A stretch of 64,000 bases of DNA from Candidatus Brocadiia bacterium JP1 (GCA_051388875.1 JBMFFR010000002.1:218981-282980); one strand, 5' to 3'. Positions 1 through 9,500 are shown, numbered from the stretch's first letter. Numbers and translations are program-made. Notes: a model not told the origin generated them from the letters alone.

Positions 1-10
1 TCTCAACAAA

Positions 11-481
11 ATGACCGGTATTCTTCAGTGTATCCACATCCTTTGTCTGAGTTTATGGGTAGGGGGTATAATTTTTATGACCTTTGTAGCTGCACCCAGC
101 ATATTTAAGGTCTTGCCCATGGAAAAGGCTGGAGAGGTAGTTGGGGAAATTTTTCCTAAGTATTTCTTTGTAGGATACATATATTCCCTTCTTGCCCTGC
201 TTACAGCAGTAGGGATTTATTACAAAGAGGGCTATTGGGATAAGCCAAAGCTTTACATTCTGGGCTTTATGCTCATACTCAGCTTTTACAACGGCTTGGC
301 CGTTGCCCCAAAGGCCCATGTGCTGAGGATGGAAATGATAAAGGTGGAAAAAAAGGAAGACAAAGAGGTGCTCTGGAGAGAGTTTGTTAAGTGTCACGGC
401 CAATCCGTAGTACTAAACCTTATCGTCCTGATGGCTGGCCTTGCTGTAATTACACTGACAGCTTATTTTATGAAGGTTTAG
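11..481 (+). CDS. Small polytopic membrane protein, DUF4149/TMEM205-like
   Basis: 156-aa ORF with about 4 hydrophobic helices. The N-terminal 'LCLSLWVGGIIFMTFVAAPSIF' resembles DUF4149 from memory; no search run. Confidence 0.45.
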   Translation: MTGILQCIHILCLSLWVGGIIFMTFVAAPSIFKVLPMEKAGEVVGEIFPKYFFVGYIYSLLALLTAVGIYYKEGYWDKPKLYILGFMLILSFYNGLAVAPKAHVLRMEMIKVEKKEDKEVLWREFVKCHGQSVVLNLIVLMAGLAVITLTAYFMKV

Positions 482-502
482 CTAAAACCCTGAGCAGGGC
501 AA

Positions 503-1210
503 TTAAGTTAAGGAAGTCTCTCCTGCTACTTCCTTGACAGGTATATTTTTCCCTTGTTGGGGCACACTTATTATAGAAAATAGTCGCCCTTTAGAGTTTA
601 TTAACAGCATACCCCGCTCTGTAAAAAGGAGATAAATTATTAGTACTGGTAACGCAACCGGTGCAACAATACACAGTACAAAAATACCCCCTAGAAATAC
701 AGGAAAGATGGCGATAAGCACAGGAAATATTAAAAGGAAAGCGCAGGCGGCAAGGAAAAGTCCAAAGACCAGTATAAAGGGTAAGAGAAAGATTGAGAAA
801 AGGGCAAGACAAAACTTCTTGAAACCGCCTCTTACCTTAGAATCAGAAATATATACCCCCCCTGGGTATTCCTCCTCTTCCAGAGGGAATTCTCCAAATT
901 CTTCTTCCTCAAAGAGGGCCTTTTCTGAAGGCTTTTTAACTTCTAATTCAGGTAACTCTTCCCCAAGCTCAGATTCTCCTATGGCTGGAGCGTATCGCTC
1001 AAATCCCTCTCTTGGTATCCCCCCAAGTCCGGGATAGCCTACACCAAGTTCCTCCGGCGTTGTCTTACCCCTTCTAAGCCAGGTCCATGGGCGCAACCAG
1101 GAAAAATTCCTTTCCTCCGGCGGCTCCAGGGAAGGAAATTTCACCATTTCTCCTTCTACATCCTCTTTTCTGCTACCATAGAACCATGTCCATGGTGCCC
1201 ACCATGCCAC
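503..1210 (-). CDS. Hypothetical membrane protein with an acidic, Trp-rich N-terminal half and a hydrophobic C-terminal half
   Basis: 235-aa ORF. The motif W-x-PWTW occurs twice (WAPWTW, LRPWTW), followed by an E-rich stretch and 3-4 predicted TM helices. No family recognised. Confidence 0.5.
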   Translation of the reverse strand: MAWWAPWTWFYGSRKEDVEGEMVKFPSLEPPEERNFSWLRPWTWLRRGKTTPEELGVGYPGLGGIPREGFERYAPAIGESELGEELPELEVKKPSEKALFEEEEFGEFPLEEEEYPGGVYISDSKVRGGFKKFCLALFSIFLLPFILVFGLFLAACAFLLIFPVLIAIFPVFLGGIFVLCIVAPVALPVLIIYLLFTERGMLLINSKGRLFSIISVPQQGKNIPVKEVAGETSLT

Positions 1211-1309
1211 GCCGTTTCTCCTTTAGAAGTTAATAAAATAATTAAGGATAAGGAGATGTACAAATCTCCTCACCACAGGATAATACCCCTATTATTTTAG
1301 ACTGTCAAG

Positions 1310-1795
1310 CTAATCTGAGCTGGCTGAGTAAAGAGTTACAATAGCCTGAGCGGCTATGGCTTCTCCTCTCCCGATGGAATCTAGCCCTTCCATAGTGGTA
1401 GCCTTTATGTTGACCCTCCCCTCCGGGATATCAAGAAGTTGAGCTACCTTCCGTTTCATATCACTCTTTTTAGGGCCAAGCCTTGGCCTCTGAGCCATAA
1501 TCATTACATCCACGTTATTAACCTTAAGGCCCTTTTCACTTGCTAACTCAAGGACTTTTTTAGTGAGGATAGCGCTTGAGATGCCTTTCCATTGGGGGTC
1601 TGTGTCAGGAAAATGTTCTCCAATATCCCCCAGCGCAGCTGCCCCTAATATAGCATCACATATGGCATGTAACACTACGTCTGCGTCAGAATGCCCTAGG
1701 AGTCCGACTGGTGAGTCTAACTCCACGCCCCCAAGAAACAATTTCCGCTCCTCTACCAGCTTGTGTATGTCATACCCTATTCCTACGAGTAACAC
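1310..1795 (-). CDS. ispF: 2-C-methyl-D-erythritol 2,4-cyclodiphosphate synthase
   Basis: Motifs 'GIGYDIHKL', 'GHSDADVVLHAICDAILGAAALGDIGEHFPDTDP' and a length of 161 aa are typical of IspF. Confidence 0.95.
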   Translation of the reverse strand: MLLVGIGYDIHKLVEERKLFLGGVELDSPVGLLGHSDADVVLHAICDAILGAAALGDIGEHFPDTDPQWKGISSAILTKKVLELASEKGLKVNNVDVMIMAQRPRLGPKKSDMKRKVAQLLDIPEGRVNIKATTMEGLDSIGRGEAIAAQAIVTLYSASSD

Positions 1796-1841
1796 GGGAG
1801 AGGTCTTAGTGTTAAGGGAAGACTATAGTAGGATGCACTTT

Positions 1842-3575
1842 TTACGGTATGGTGCTCTTACCAATGAGAGCCCTCACCTTATCAGCCAGTTCATTAAGCT
1901 CGGCTAAGTGCTTCATGGCCAACTCACGTTCAGTCCATCGTAAATCCCTGAAAGAGCCGATATTATTTCCAATATCTTCTATGACCCTATCAACAAATTT
2001 TTCTATCTCTTTTACAATGAACCCAGTGAACCGTTCGCAGAGTGTATCAATTCGTTTAAACAGTTCGTTTCGGAAGGCTTTACGCTTGTGGGGTATTATA
2101 AGAAAACCAGTTCCAATACAAGCCAAGGCTATCACCATAACAAAAGCCGCAGGGGCAAGAAAGGTGAGAAGATAGCCAAAACCTCCCAGGGAGGCTAGGC
2201 CCACTCCCTCCATTGCTAGGAAGCTAGCTAGCCCACTCTGGGTCAGCACCCTTAGTCTATCAGCTTCCTTATTTACATCAAATTCCCTGTATTCCCTGGA
2301 GTGTTCGCGAAGGAGGTACTGGAGCTCATTTTTCTTGTCCTCAAAGGACGGCCCTGTGCGCCCTTCCGCCAACTTCTTTTGCCCTTTTTCGGCATCCTGA
2401 TAGTCAAGGGCCATCTCCCAAAGGGAGCGGTTGTTTCGGCTTACATACTCTGCCGCCTCGTCTATTATACGGTCTAAATCCTCCAGTGGGCTGGAAAGGC
2501 TTGTCATCTCTTTGCGGAAACGGTCTACAATCTTTTCCCTGGAGAAGATTGAGCCCAGAAGGCCCCTGGTGGTTAAGTGGAAACCCAGAAAAGTATCCAG
2601 TCTCTCTTTTAATCGATTGAAGGCTGAATGTATTTCCCCCCTATACTTTTGGCAGTAATCTTGCATGTCTTCTTTCTTGCTCTTGAGTCTGGCCTCAAGG
2701 CGTTCAATGCCAGCTATCTCACAGTTGTAACGCGTAATCTTACCCTGCAAATCCTGCCGTAGCTCGCCAAAGACGTTGGTAAGGAACCTTAAGGGGCTGA
2801 GGTACTTTAACTCCATTTTTAGATCTAAATCCAGCTTTTCTTTAATAAAATCCTCTACCTCTTCCGCATTGCTCTTCTTGAGAAGTTCGGAGGACTTGGC
2901 CTGTTTTGCATTGAAGGCCTCCATACTGGATATGGTAAGGATCTTTGGCTCAAACCCCAGGAGTTTATAACAGTTCTTTTCAATAAAGGACAGTATCTCC
3001 TTTTGCTCCTCTTGTGTTTTGAGGTCTATTTTGTTGAGTATAAATAGCACCTTCCGCCCCCATCTACCTTTGAGTAACTGGAGGAACTCACATTCACTCT
3101 CAGTAAGGGGCCTATCCGAGGAAGTGATGAATATCACTAGTTCGGCCCTATGGATAAAATCTTCAATAATTTTCTCGTGTTCCCTGAAGACAGAATTTGT
3201 ACCTGGTGTATCTATAAGTGTTATTTCCCTTAAGGCTTCTAAAGGATAGGTAACCCGGCAGAGGTTTTCCTGGATTTCCTCTACTGTATAGCTGTCTCCA
3301 TGGGTGAGGATAGTAATTTTACGGGTGGTAGGGGTTGGGCCTTCTCTGAGGATTTTTTCACCTAAGATGGCATTTATGAAACTGGATTTGCCGGAGTTAT
3401 ATTCTCCTGCCACCAGTAGATAAAAAGGCTCCTCCATCTGTACGAGCATCTCGCGCACTTTTTGCTCGAGGCCCGCCTTGCCCATGCGGTTAAAAAATTT
3501 CTCCACATCCTTAAGTAGTTCAACTACTTCACTTACAGTTCTTTTTAGGTCCTTGTTCTTAGTTAGATGCACCAT
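1842..3575 (-). CDS. Bacterial dynamin-like GTPase (dynamin family protein)
   Basis: G1 'GEYNSGKSSFINAILG', G3 'DTPGTNS' and G4 'NKIDL' are present. A long helical stalk follows, with a hydrophobic paddle/TM hairpin (about aa 465-500). Confidence 0.8.
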   Translation of the reverse strand: MVHLTKNKDLKRTVSEVVELLKDVEKFFNRMGKAGLEQKVREMLVQMEEPFYLLVAGEYNSGKSSFINAILGEKILREGPTPTTRKITILTHGDSYTVEEIQENLCRVTYPLEALREITLIDTPGTNSVFREHEKIIEDFIHRAELVIFITSSDRPLTESECEFLQLLKGRWGRKVLFILNKIDLKTQEEQKEILSFIEKNCYKLLGFEPKILTISSMEAFNAKQAKSSELLKKSNAEEVEDFIKEKLDLDLKMELKYLSPLRFLTNVFGELRQDLQGKITRYNCEIAGIERLEARLKSKKEDMQDYCQKYRGEIHSAFNRLKERLDTFLGFHLTTRGLLGSIFSREKIVDRFRKEMTSLSSPLEDLDRIIDEAAEYVSRNNRSLWEMALDYQDAEKGQKKLAEGRTGPSFEDKKNELQYLLREHSREYREFDVNKEADRLRVLTQSGLASFLAMEGVGLASLGGFGYLLTFLAPAAFVMVIALACIGTGFLIIPHKRKAFRNELFKRIDTLCERFTGFIVKEIEKFVDRVIEDIGNNIGSFRDLRWTERELAMKHLAELNELADKVRALIGKSTIP

Positions 3576-4056
3576 AAGTGTTAGTATTCATTTAAGATAT
3601 ATAAATTTGTTAAATTATAAGTTTTAAACCTGCAACGTCAAGAAAAATTTGCTATTTTTCTGGAGCATATTTAGTAAAAATACGCTTCTCTAAGCAGAGC
3701 AAGGACTTAGAAAGCTTTAACTACCCACATAGGTGGTGAATTATTTTTTGTTTAATTGCGAAAAACTTAGACCTATGCAAGGCTTTAGATATGCAATAAG
3801 TTTTGACAAGCTAAGGCTTTTTGTATTCAAATGTCATAATATTTAGTTTTTTTCTACTTGAAAAAAAGGATAAATAAGATTCAAGAACACATTTTTCAAA
3901 AATGTGTTTCATAAGTACTTGTGGCTAAATAGCTTATGTGTGTTTAAAATTTTGCCAATCATAAAAAAGAGGAAAAGGCTTGAAATCTTTTCTGAAAGGT
4001 ATTATCTTGTCTTGCAAGAGAGAATTTGTTATCCTATTTTTGTAAGAGCCTTCATC

Positions 4057-4500
4057 ATGGAAGAAGTGATTGCAACAAACAGGAAGGCGCATTTTAAGTA
4101 CCATCTCTTAGATAGGTATGAGGCAGGTCTTGTGTTAGCGGGTAGTGAGGTAAAATCGCTAAGGAATCACAACGTTAGCCTTAATGAGAGTTTTGCTATT
4201 TTAAGAGAGGGTGAGGTATATCTTTATGGTATGCATATTGGCCCTTATGAGCACGCTGGGCTTCAGCCCCATGAGCCCAAGCGGCCCAGAAAGCTTTTGT
4301 TAAAGAAGGAGGAGATTAAAAAGATTTTTGGGAAGGTCCAACAGAGGGGTTTTACACTTGTGCCTGTTTCGTTATACTTTAAAAACGGGTATGCAAAGGT
4401 GGAGATTGCTTTGGCCAGGGGTAAAGAACTGGTGGATAAGCGTGAGACCCTTCGTAGGAGGATGGTGGAAAGGGAGGTTCAGAGGGCTATTAAGAGATAA
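4057..4500 (+). CDS. smpB: SsrA-binding protein SmpB
   Basis: 'NRKAHFKYHLLDRYEAGLVLAGSEVKSLR...' is typical of SmpB. The start was moved to ATG 4057, because the track ORF from 3904 adds a non-homologous 51-aa leader. Confidence 0.93.
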   Translation: MEEVIATNRKAHFKYHLLDRYEAGLVLAGSEVKSLRNHNVSLNESFAILREGEVYLYGMHIGPYEHAGLQPHEPKRPRKLLLKKEEIKKIFGKVQQRGFTLVPVSLYFKNGYAKVEIALARGKELVDKRETLRRRMVEREVQRAIKR

Positions 4501-4502
4501 AT

Positions 4503-4858
4503 GGGGGCGAACGGATTCGACCGTGTAAGGAGGTAAAAGAGTAGCATGCTGAGGTTGTCGGGAGGCCTCATAAAAAACCTGACGCAAATAAAAGTGCCGA
4601 CTACAGTCTGGCAATGGCTGCATAAATAACGTAGCCCGTTTCTACAACCTTGCCTGCGGGGTTGAAGGAACGACGACTAGCAGGCTGGCTTGATCCTTCT
4701 GCTTGATGGGGGTCGGGCGAGAAACTTTAATCAGGCTAGTTACCTCTTTCTCCTGTCTACCGGGTGGGAGGTGATGAATACCAAAAGATAGACTAAGCAT
4801 GTAGAAGCCTTTACCAAGTTACATAGGGACGCGGGTTCGATTCCCGCCGCCTCCACCA
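4503..4858 (+). ncRNA. ssrA: tmRNA (transfer-messenger RNA)
   Basis: The 5-prime GGGGGCG (4503-4509) pairs with CGCCTCC (4848-4854), including a G3:U70 wobble, followed by ACCA. A T-arm 'GGGTTCGATTCCC' is present. An internal tag ORF GCA AAT AAA ... GCT GCA TAA (4584-4625) reads ANKSADYSLAMAA. Confidence 0.9.
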
Positions 4859-4869
4859 TTTTCCATTAA

Positions 4870-5319
4870 ATGCCTAGAGCACGAATCCTTATTTTAGAAG
4901 AAGACAGGCAGATAGTGGACGAGCTACGGGATAACCTGGAACTAGCAGGTTTTGAGACCGAAGTAGCTCTAGGCACTCAGGTTGCTTTCAGTATCCTAGA
5001 CGAAAGGAAGATGGATTTAGTAATCCTGGGAGCCAGCATCAAGGAGGTTGAGATATTTAAGAAAATTAATGATTTATCCCCAACCATGCCTATACTTGCC
5101 CTATCAGAGCAAAAATCTAAACGCTACCAATCTAGCCTGATAAAGGCAGGTGCATCTACCATTGTAGAATTACCCGCAGATAAAGAACACATCCTTAAAA
5201 GGATTGAAGAGCTAACAGAAAAACCCGAAGAAGTACCCCAAAATAGACTGAATAGACCGTTTAACGTAATCCCAAGAAAAGTCTCTAAGAGAAAAAAGAG
5301 GGCTTCCGGTGCCTCTTAA
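4870..5319 (+). CDS. Receiver (CheY-like) domain protein that appears to lack the phospho-acceptor Asp, with a basic C-terminal tail
   Basis: Receiver-like pattern 'ILILEED...DLVILG...PILALSE'. Gly54 sits where the acceptor Asp is expected, and Leu101-Pro sits where the conserved Lys-Pro is expected. Confidence 0.7.
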   Translation: MPRARILILEEDRQIVDELRDNLELAGFETEVALGTQVAFSILDERKMDLVILGASIKEVEIFKKINDLSPTMPILALSEQKSKRYQSSLIKAGASTIVELPADKEHILKRIEELTEKPEEVPQNRLNRPFNVIPRKVSKRKKRASGAS

Positions 5320-6823
5320 AAGAAATGCTCCTTATAGAGGGTTATTAATTCTCTTTTTGGGAATTTTTTTGTTCAACTTTTTTTGCCTCCAGTCCCTTTC
5401 GTCTGCAGAAAAACTATCCCAACAACTTTTACCACTGCTTTTACAGTCCAGTTTGAAAGGCGCAGCAGTGGGGATAAATGTAGTTAGTCTACCCGATAAA
5501 AATCCTTTGTTTAGTTACAACAGCCAGGAAATCTACACTGTAGCCTCCAATATGAAGCTCTTTACCACTGCCGCTGCCTTAGATTACTTAGGCTCAGATT
5601 ACCAGTTTAGTACCACACTTTTCTGCCGTGGTAATATAGATCCCGAAGGAAAACTCTGGGGGGATGTAATCGTACAAGGGGGAGGAGACCCCAATCTTTC
5701 TGGACGTTTCAACGGGGGAAGAACCACAGCAGTATTAGAAGAGTGGGCAGAGGCTATCGTAAAAGCTGGTATAAAAGAAATCTCAGGAAACATAATAGCT
5801 GATGATTCTTTCTTTGACAGAGAATTGATTCATCCAGGTTGGCCTAAAGACCAACTCTTCACGTGGTATAGCGCACCCATTAGCGCCCTTTCCTTTAATG
5901 ATAATTGCGTAGATATAACCCTACGGCCCACAAGTGGTAGCGGGGTGAAGGTAGAGGTCAATCCATCTAATTCTTACCTTAGAATACTCAATTCTTGTAA
6001 GCTATCTGATAGTACTGGAAGACCTCGTATCCATGTACATTTGGAACCCAATACGGGCAAGATACACTTAAAAGGAGAAATGCCCACAAGATGCGAGTCC
6101 CTGACATACTCAGTCCCTGTGGATAACCCCCCTCTTTTCCTGGCCAGTGTATTTCGGGAGATATTGAAGAGTAAGGGTGTAAAGGTAGTTGGCGAGACAA
6201 TAGTATTTGAACCGGAGATAGATGAATCGGACCAAGAATGGACACCCCTTATGTGTACTACTTCCAGCATGTCCCAGGCCGTAATGGTTGCCAACACCAG
6301 GAGCCAGAATTTTTATGCCGAACAGATACTAAAGACCCTTGGCGCCGAGGTGAAGGGTGAAGGAAGTTTTAGGGCCGGTCTTGAAGTGATTCAGGAGCTA
6401 ATGCTCAAACTAGGATACGAACCGGTGGAGTATCAGGTGGCTGACGGCTCTGGCCTTTGCAGGGACAATCGCTTCTCCCCAGAAATGATAACTGACTTAC
6501 TAGCCTATATGTATCAGCACAAGGAGAAGGAATCGTTTATCTCTTCCCTTGCTGTCTCTGGGACAACTGGGAGCCTTCAAAAGAGGCTGAGAGGTTCCTC
6601 TTTTAAAGGGAGAATCAGGGCCAAAACTGGCTACATCTCGCGCGTGTGCTGCCTCTCTGGGTATGTAGAAACTGAAGGGGGAGACACCCTTGCTTTCTCC
6701 ATACTCGTTAATAACTTCAAGGTGGCACCCGTTACAATAAAAGAGTTTCAGGATTCAGTCTGTAAAGTGCTTATAAAGTACAATGAGCCAAAAGCGGCAA
6801 CTGTGGAAAATGGAAACGGATAG
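5309..6823 (+). CDS. dacB: D-alanyl-D-alanine carboxypeptidase/endopeptidase (PBP4, peptidase S13)
   Basis: SxxK 'SNMK', 'SQNFYAEQ' and 'KTGY' motifs are present, with an N-terminal signal sequence and a GTG start at 5309. Confidence 0.85.
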   Translation: MPLKRNAPYRGLLILFLGIFLFNFFCLQSLSSAEKLSQQLLPLLLQSSLKGAAVGINVVSLPDKNPLFSYNSQEIYTVASNMKLFTTAAALDYLGSDYQFSTTLFCRGNIDPEGKLWGDVIVQGGGDPNLSGRFNGGRTTAVLEEWAEAIVKAGIKEISGNIIADDSFFDRELIHPGWPKDQLFTWYSAPISALSFNDNCVDITLRPTSGSGVKVEVNPSNSYLRILNSCKLSDSTGRPRIHVHLEPNTGKIHLKGEMPTRCESLTYSVPVDNPPLFLASVFREILKSKGVKVVGETIVFEPEIDESDQEWTPLMCTTSSMSQAVMVANTRSQNFYAEQILKTLGAEVKGEGSFRAGLEVIQELMLKLGYEPVEYQVADGSGLCRDNRFSPEMITDLLAYMYQHKEKESFISSLAVSGTTGSLQKRLRGSSFKGRIRAKTGYISRVCCLSGYVETEGGDTLAFSILVNNFKVAPVTIKEFQDSVCKVLIKYNEPKAATVENGNG

Positions 6824-7457
6824 ACTAAAAAAAATATATGCCATTTATTCCTCCTTTTACGATAGCATATTTGGGAGACTTTATGCCCCAGGTAGAAGGG
6901 CTGCCGTACGGCTAATGAATGTGCAACCAGGAGAGGAGATTCTGGAGGTAGGTGTGGGAACAGGTATAGCCCTCCCCTTGTACCCGAAGAGGGCCACGGT
7001 GGTGGGGATAGACCTCTCCAGCGAGATGCTAGAAAAGGCCAGACAGAGGAAGGAAGACCTGGGGTTAGCCAACATAACACTTTACGAAATGGATGCCACC
7101 AAGATGGCTTTCCCAGAAGGAAGATTCCACAAAGTAATTGCCGCCCACATAATCACCCTAATACCCGAACCCCTTAAACTGCTGACTGAAATGAAAAGGG
7201 TTTGTCATGTGAAGGGAGAAATTTACATTCTTAACTACGAGGGTAATACCACTGGGTGGATGTCCAGGATAGAGGAATTCATCTCCCCTTTTAGAAAATC
7301 ACTGGGGCTTGGAGTGCATTTAGATATAGATACCTTACTAGGGCGGGCAGGTCTAAAAATAGAACATAAGGAAAGGGTCAACCTCTTCGGGTGTTGTTCC
7401 CTAATCAGATGCAAAAAGGTCTCAACCCCTTCCGATGCACAGGTAATTGAAGCCTAA
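6783..7457 (+). CDS. Class I SAM-dependent methyltransferase
   Basis: Motif I 'ILEVGVGTGIAL', followed by 'GIDLS..ML' and 'DATKMAFPEGRFHKV'. The start is uncertain (an alternative ATG lies at 6810). Confidence 0.8.
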   Translation: MSQKRQLWKMETDRLKKIYAIYSSFYDSIFGRLYAPGRRAAVRLMNVQPGEEILEVGVGTGIALPLYPKRATVVGIDLSSEMLEKARQRKEDLGLANITLYEMDATKMAFPEGRFHKVIAAHIITLIPEPLKLLTEMKRVCHVKGEIYILNYEGNTTGWMSRIEEFISPFRKSLGLGVHLDIDTLLGRAGLKIEHKERVNLFGCCSLIRCKKVSTPSDAQVIEA

Positions 7458-8723
7458 TCTGCACATCTCCTCCGGTTCGTAAACGTTCCTACCGTCCACT
7501 ATATTTGGTTCCCTTAAAAGCGCCTTTATCTTTTTCTTATCTAATTCTTTAAACTCCTGCCACTCTGTAAGGATTATCAATGCATCACAACCCATAAGCA
7601 CACTATAGGGATTCTCAGAAAAAGTTACCTCTTTAAAAAGAATTTTAGCATTAGCTTCAGCCGCAGGGTCAAAGGCTTGAATCCCTGCCCCAGCCTTAAG
7701 TAGTTCTTTAATGATGCCTACGGAAGGAGCCTCCCTGATATCATCCGTGCCGGGTTTAAAGGCTAATCCCCAGATTGCGACCTTTTTCCCTTTTAAAGTG
7801 GTCAGTAGAGCTTTGGTCTTCTTCAGGATTAATAATTTCTGCTCCTCGTTAATCCTATCCACAGCCTCAAGGAGTCTTGGCCTTAATCCATTATCCTTCA
7901 TAAGTGTTGATAGAGCCTTAATATCCTTTGGTAAACATGAACCACCGTAGCCTACACCTGCCTCCAGAAACTTAGGGCCGATTCTGGAATCAAGCCCCAC
8001 GCCTTTTGCCACCTCCCTAACATCCGCCCCCACCTGCTCGCAGAGCCTGGATAGCTCGTTGACAAAGGATACCCTGGTGGCAAGCATGGCATTGCTGGCA
8101 TACTTGATTAACTCGGCGTTCTTCGTTGTAGTGAAAAAGATGGGTCGTCCCTTTTGGATAACACCCCTGTACAAGGACTCCATTACCTTTTTGGGCCTGG
8201 GGCTATCCAGCCCGATAACTACCCTGTCCGGTTCCACAAAGTCCTTTAGTGCCTCACCCTCCCTGAGAAACTCAGGGTTTGATACTACGTCAAAATCCAC
8301 CGCTTTTTTCTGGTTATCTCTTATTTTATTAGCCACCTTGTGGGCCGTCCCCACTGGTACGGTGCTCTTAACCACCACAATCTTATGTTCACGCATATAC
8401 TTCCCAATCTTCTCTGCCACCGCAAAGACGGCCGATAAATCCGCCCCACCGTTACCCCCAACAGGCGTCCCCACCGCTATAAATATAACCTCGGCACTCT
8501 CTATCCCGTTTGCAAGGTTGGTGCTAAAGGATTGCCTGCCTTTCTTTATGTTTTCACAAAGCACTTTTTCTAGCCCTGGCTCATAAATAGGGAGGATACC
8601 CTTCCTGAGCTTCTGCACCTTCTTTGTATCTGAATCTACACAGATAACCTTATGCCCCTTACCAGCCAGACAGGTCCCCACCACAAGCCCTACGTATCCA
8701 CACCCTATACAGGTAATCTTCAT
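7422..8723 (-). CDS. ugd: UDP-glucose 6-dehydrogenase
   Basis: 'MKITCIGCGYVGLVVG' Rossmann motif, catalytic 'GGSCLPKD', 433 aa. Confidence 0.9.
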   Translation of the reverse strand: MKITCIGCGYVGLVVGTCLAGKGHKVICVDSDTKKVQKLRKGILPIYEPGLEKVLCENIKKGRQSFSTNLANGIESAEVIFIAVGTPVGGNGGADLSAVFAVAEKIGKYMREHKIVVVKSTVPVGTAHKVANKIRDNQKKAVDFDVVSNPEFLREGEALKDFVEPDRVVIGLDSPRPKKVMESLYRGVIQKGRPIFFTTTKNAELIKYASNAMLATRVSFVNELSRLCEQVGADVREVAKGVGLDSRIGPKFLEAGVGYGGSCLPKDIKALSTLMKDNGLRPRLLEAVDRINEEQKLLILKKTKALLTTLKGKKVAIWGLAFKPGTDDIREAPSVGIIKELLKAGAGIQAFDPAAEANAKILFKEVTFSENPYSVLMGCDALIILTEWQEFKELDKKKIKALLREPNIVDGRNVYEPEEMCRLGFNYLCIGRG

Positions 8724-9361
8724 CTCTTAGGCAATTCCTTAGTTTTATCCGGATAATCGCAAAGTTTTATTATCACACAAATGGGGCAACGGGGCAACCT
8801 GGCCTGGCAAACCTTCCTTCCGTGTTCTTGCAGGAGATGGCAAAACCTTACCCACTTCTCCCTGGGCACTATGGGACAGAGGTCCGCCTCTATCTTATCG
8901 GGGTCAGTAGCCCTGCTCAGGCCAATACGCTGCGACAGCCTTCCCACATGGGTGTCCACCCCGATGGCAGGCACACCGAAGGCATTGCCGAGGAGTATAT
9001 TGGCGGTCTTCCTCCCCACCCCCGGCAGAGTAAGGAGGTCTTCCGGTTTGTCAGGCACCTTGCCCTTATACTCTTCCGCTATCCCCTTTGCACAGCCCAC
9101 TATACTTTTGGCCTTGTTTCTGAAAAAACCCGTCGGGCGAATCTCCTCTTCCAGCGTGGGGAGGTCAGCCGAGGCATAGTCCTTTGCCGTCCTATATTTT
9201 TTGAAAAGACTTTTGGTAACCTGGTTCACCCTCTCATCCGTACACTGGGCAGCAAGGATGAGGGCCACTAAAAGTTCCAGGGGTGTACTGAACTCAAGGG
9301 CAAGTCTGGCGGAGGGATACTCCTTCTCAAGTAAGGTTATTATCTTTTCTACCTTCTGCAT
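8720..9361 (-). CDS. nth: Endonuclease III (DNA glycosylase/AP lyase)
   Basis: HhH-GPD 'LPGVGRKTANILL' and a C-terminal Cys cluster 'C..RLPRCPIC.....C' for a 4Fe-4S centre. Confidence 0.92.
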   Translation of the reverse strand: MQKVEKIITLLEKEYPSARLALEFSTPLELLVALILAAQCTDERVNQVTKSLFKKYRTAKDYASADLPTLEEEIRPTGFFRNKAKSIVGCAKGIAEEYKGKVPDKPEDLLTLPGVGRKTANILLGNAFGVPAIGVDTHVGRLSQRIGLSRATDPDKIEADLCPIVPREKWVRFCHLLQEHGRKVCQARLPRCPICVIIKLCDYPDKTKELPKR

Positions 9362-9471
9362 TTAACGTAAAGGCAACCTCGCCACTATTAACAAAAAGCC
9401 TTTTAAAAATCAAATAGAAATCTTCCCCTATTGTGGCGTATGAGCTGACCCCCCATGTTCTAGGCGATTAA

Positions 9472-9500
9472 TAAAAAATCGTGCGACACTAGATCGCACG
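9472..9500 (-). terminator. Rho-independent terminator downstream of the 9516-10151 gene
   Basis: On the minus strand, CGTGCGA-tctagtg-TCGCACG forms a 7-bp stem followed by ATTTTTTATT. Confidence 0.6.

Noticed and set aside
3904-4056. 51-aa N-terminal extension of smpB in the ORF track
   Set aside because: The extension lies in AT-rich intergenic sequence with no SmpB homology. The ATG at 4057 gives a canonical SmpB N-terminus and length.
8059-8586. Long antisense ORFs, here opposite ugd and also at 8781-9271, 19220-19702, 20525-20989, 23807-24271 and 50036-50461
   Set aside because: Each lies fully inside a confidently identified gene on the other strand and encodes low-complexity Ser/Pro/Arg-rich sequence. 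These are typical shadow ORFs.
4859-9000. Genomic island integrated at the tmRNA 3-prime end
   Set aside because: I found no integrase and no direct repeat of the tmRNA 3-prime end downstream. The following genes are ordinary housekeeping.
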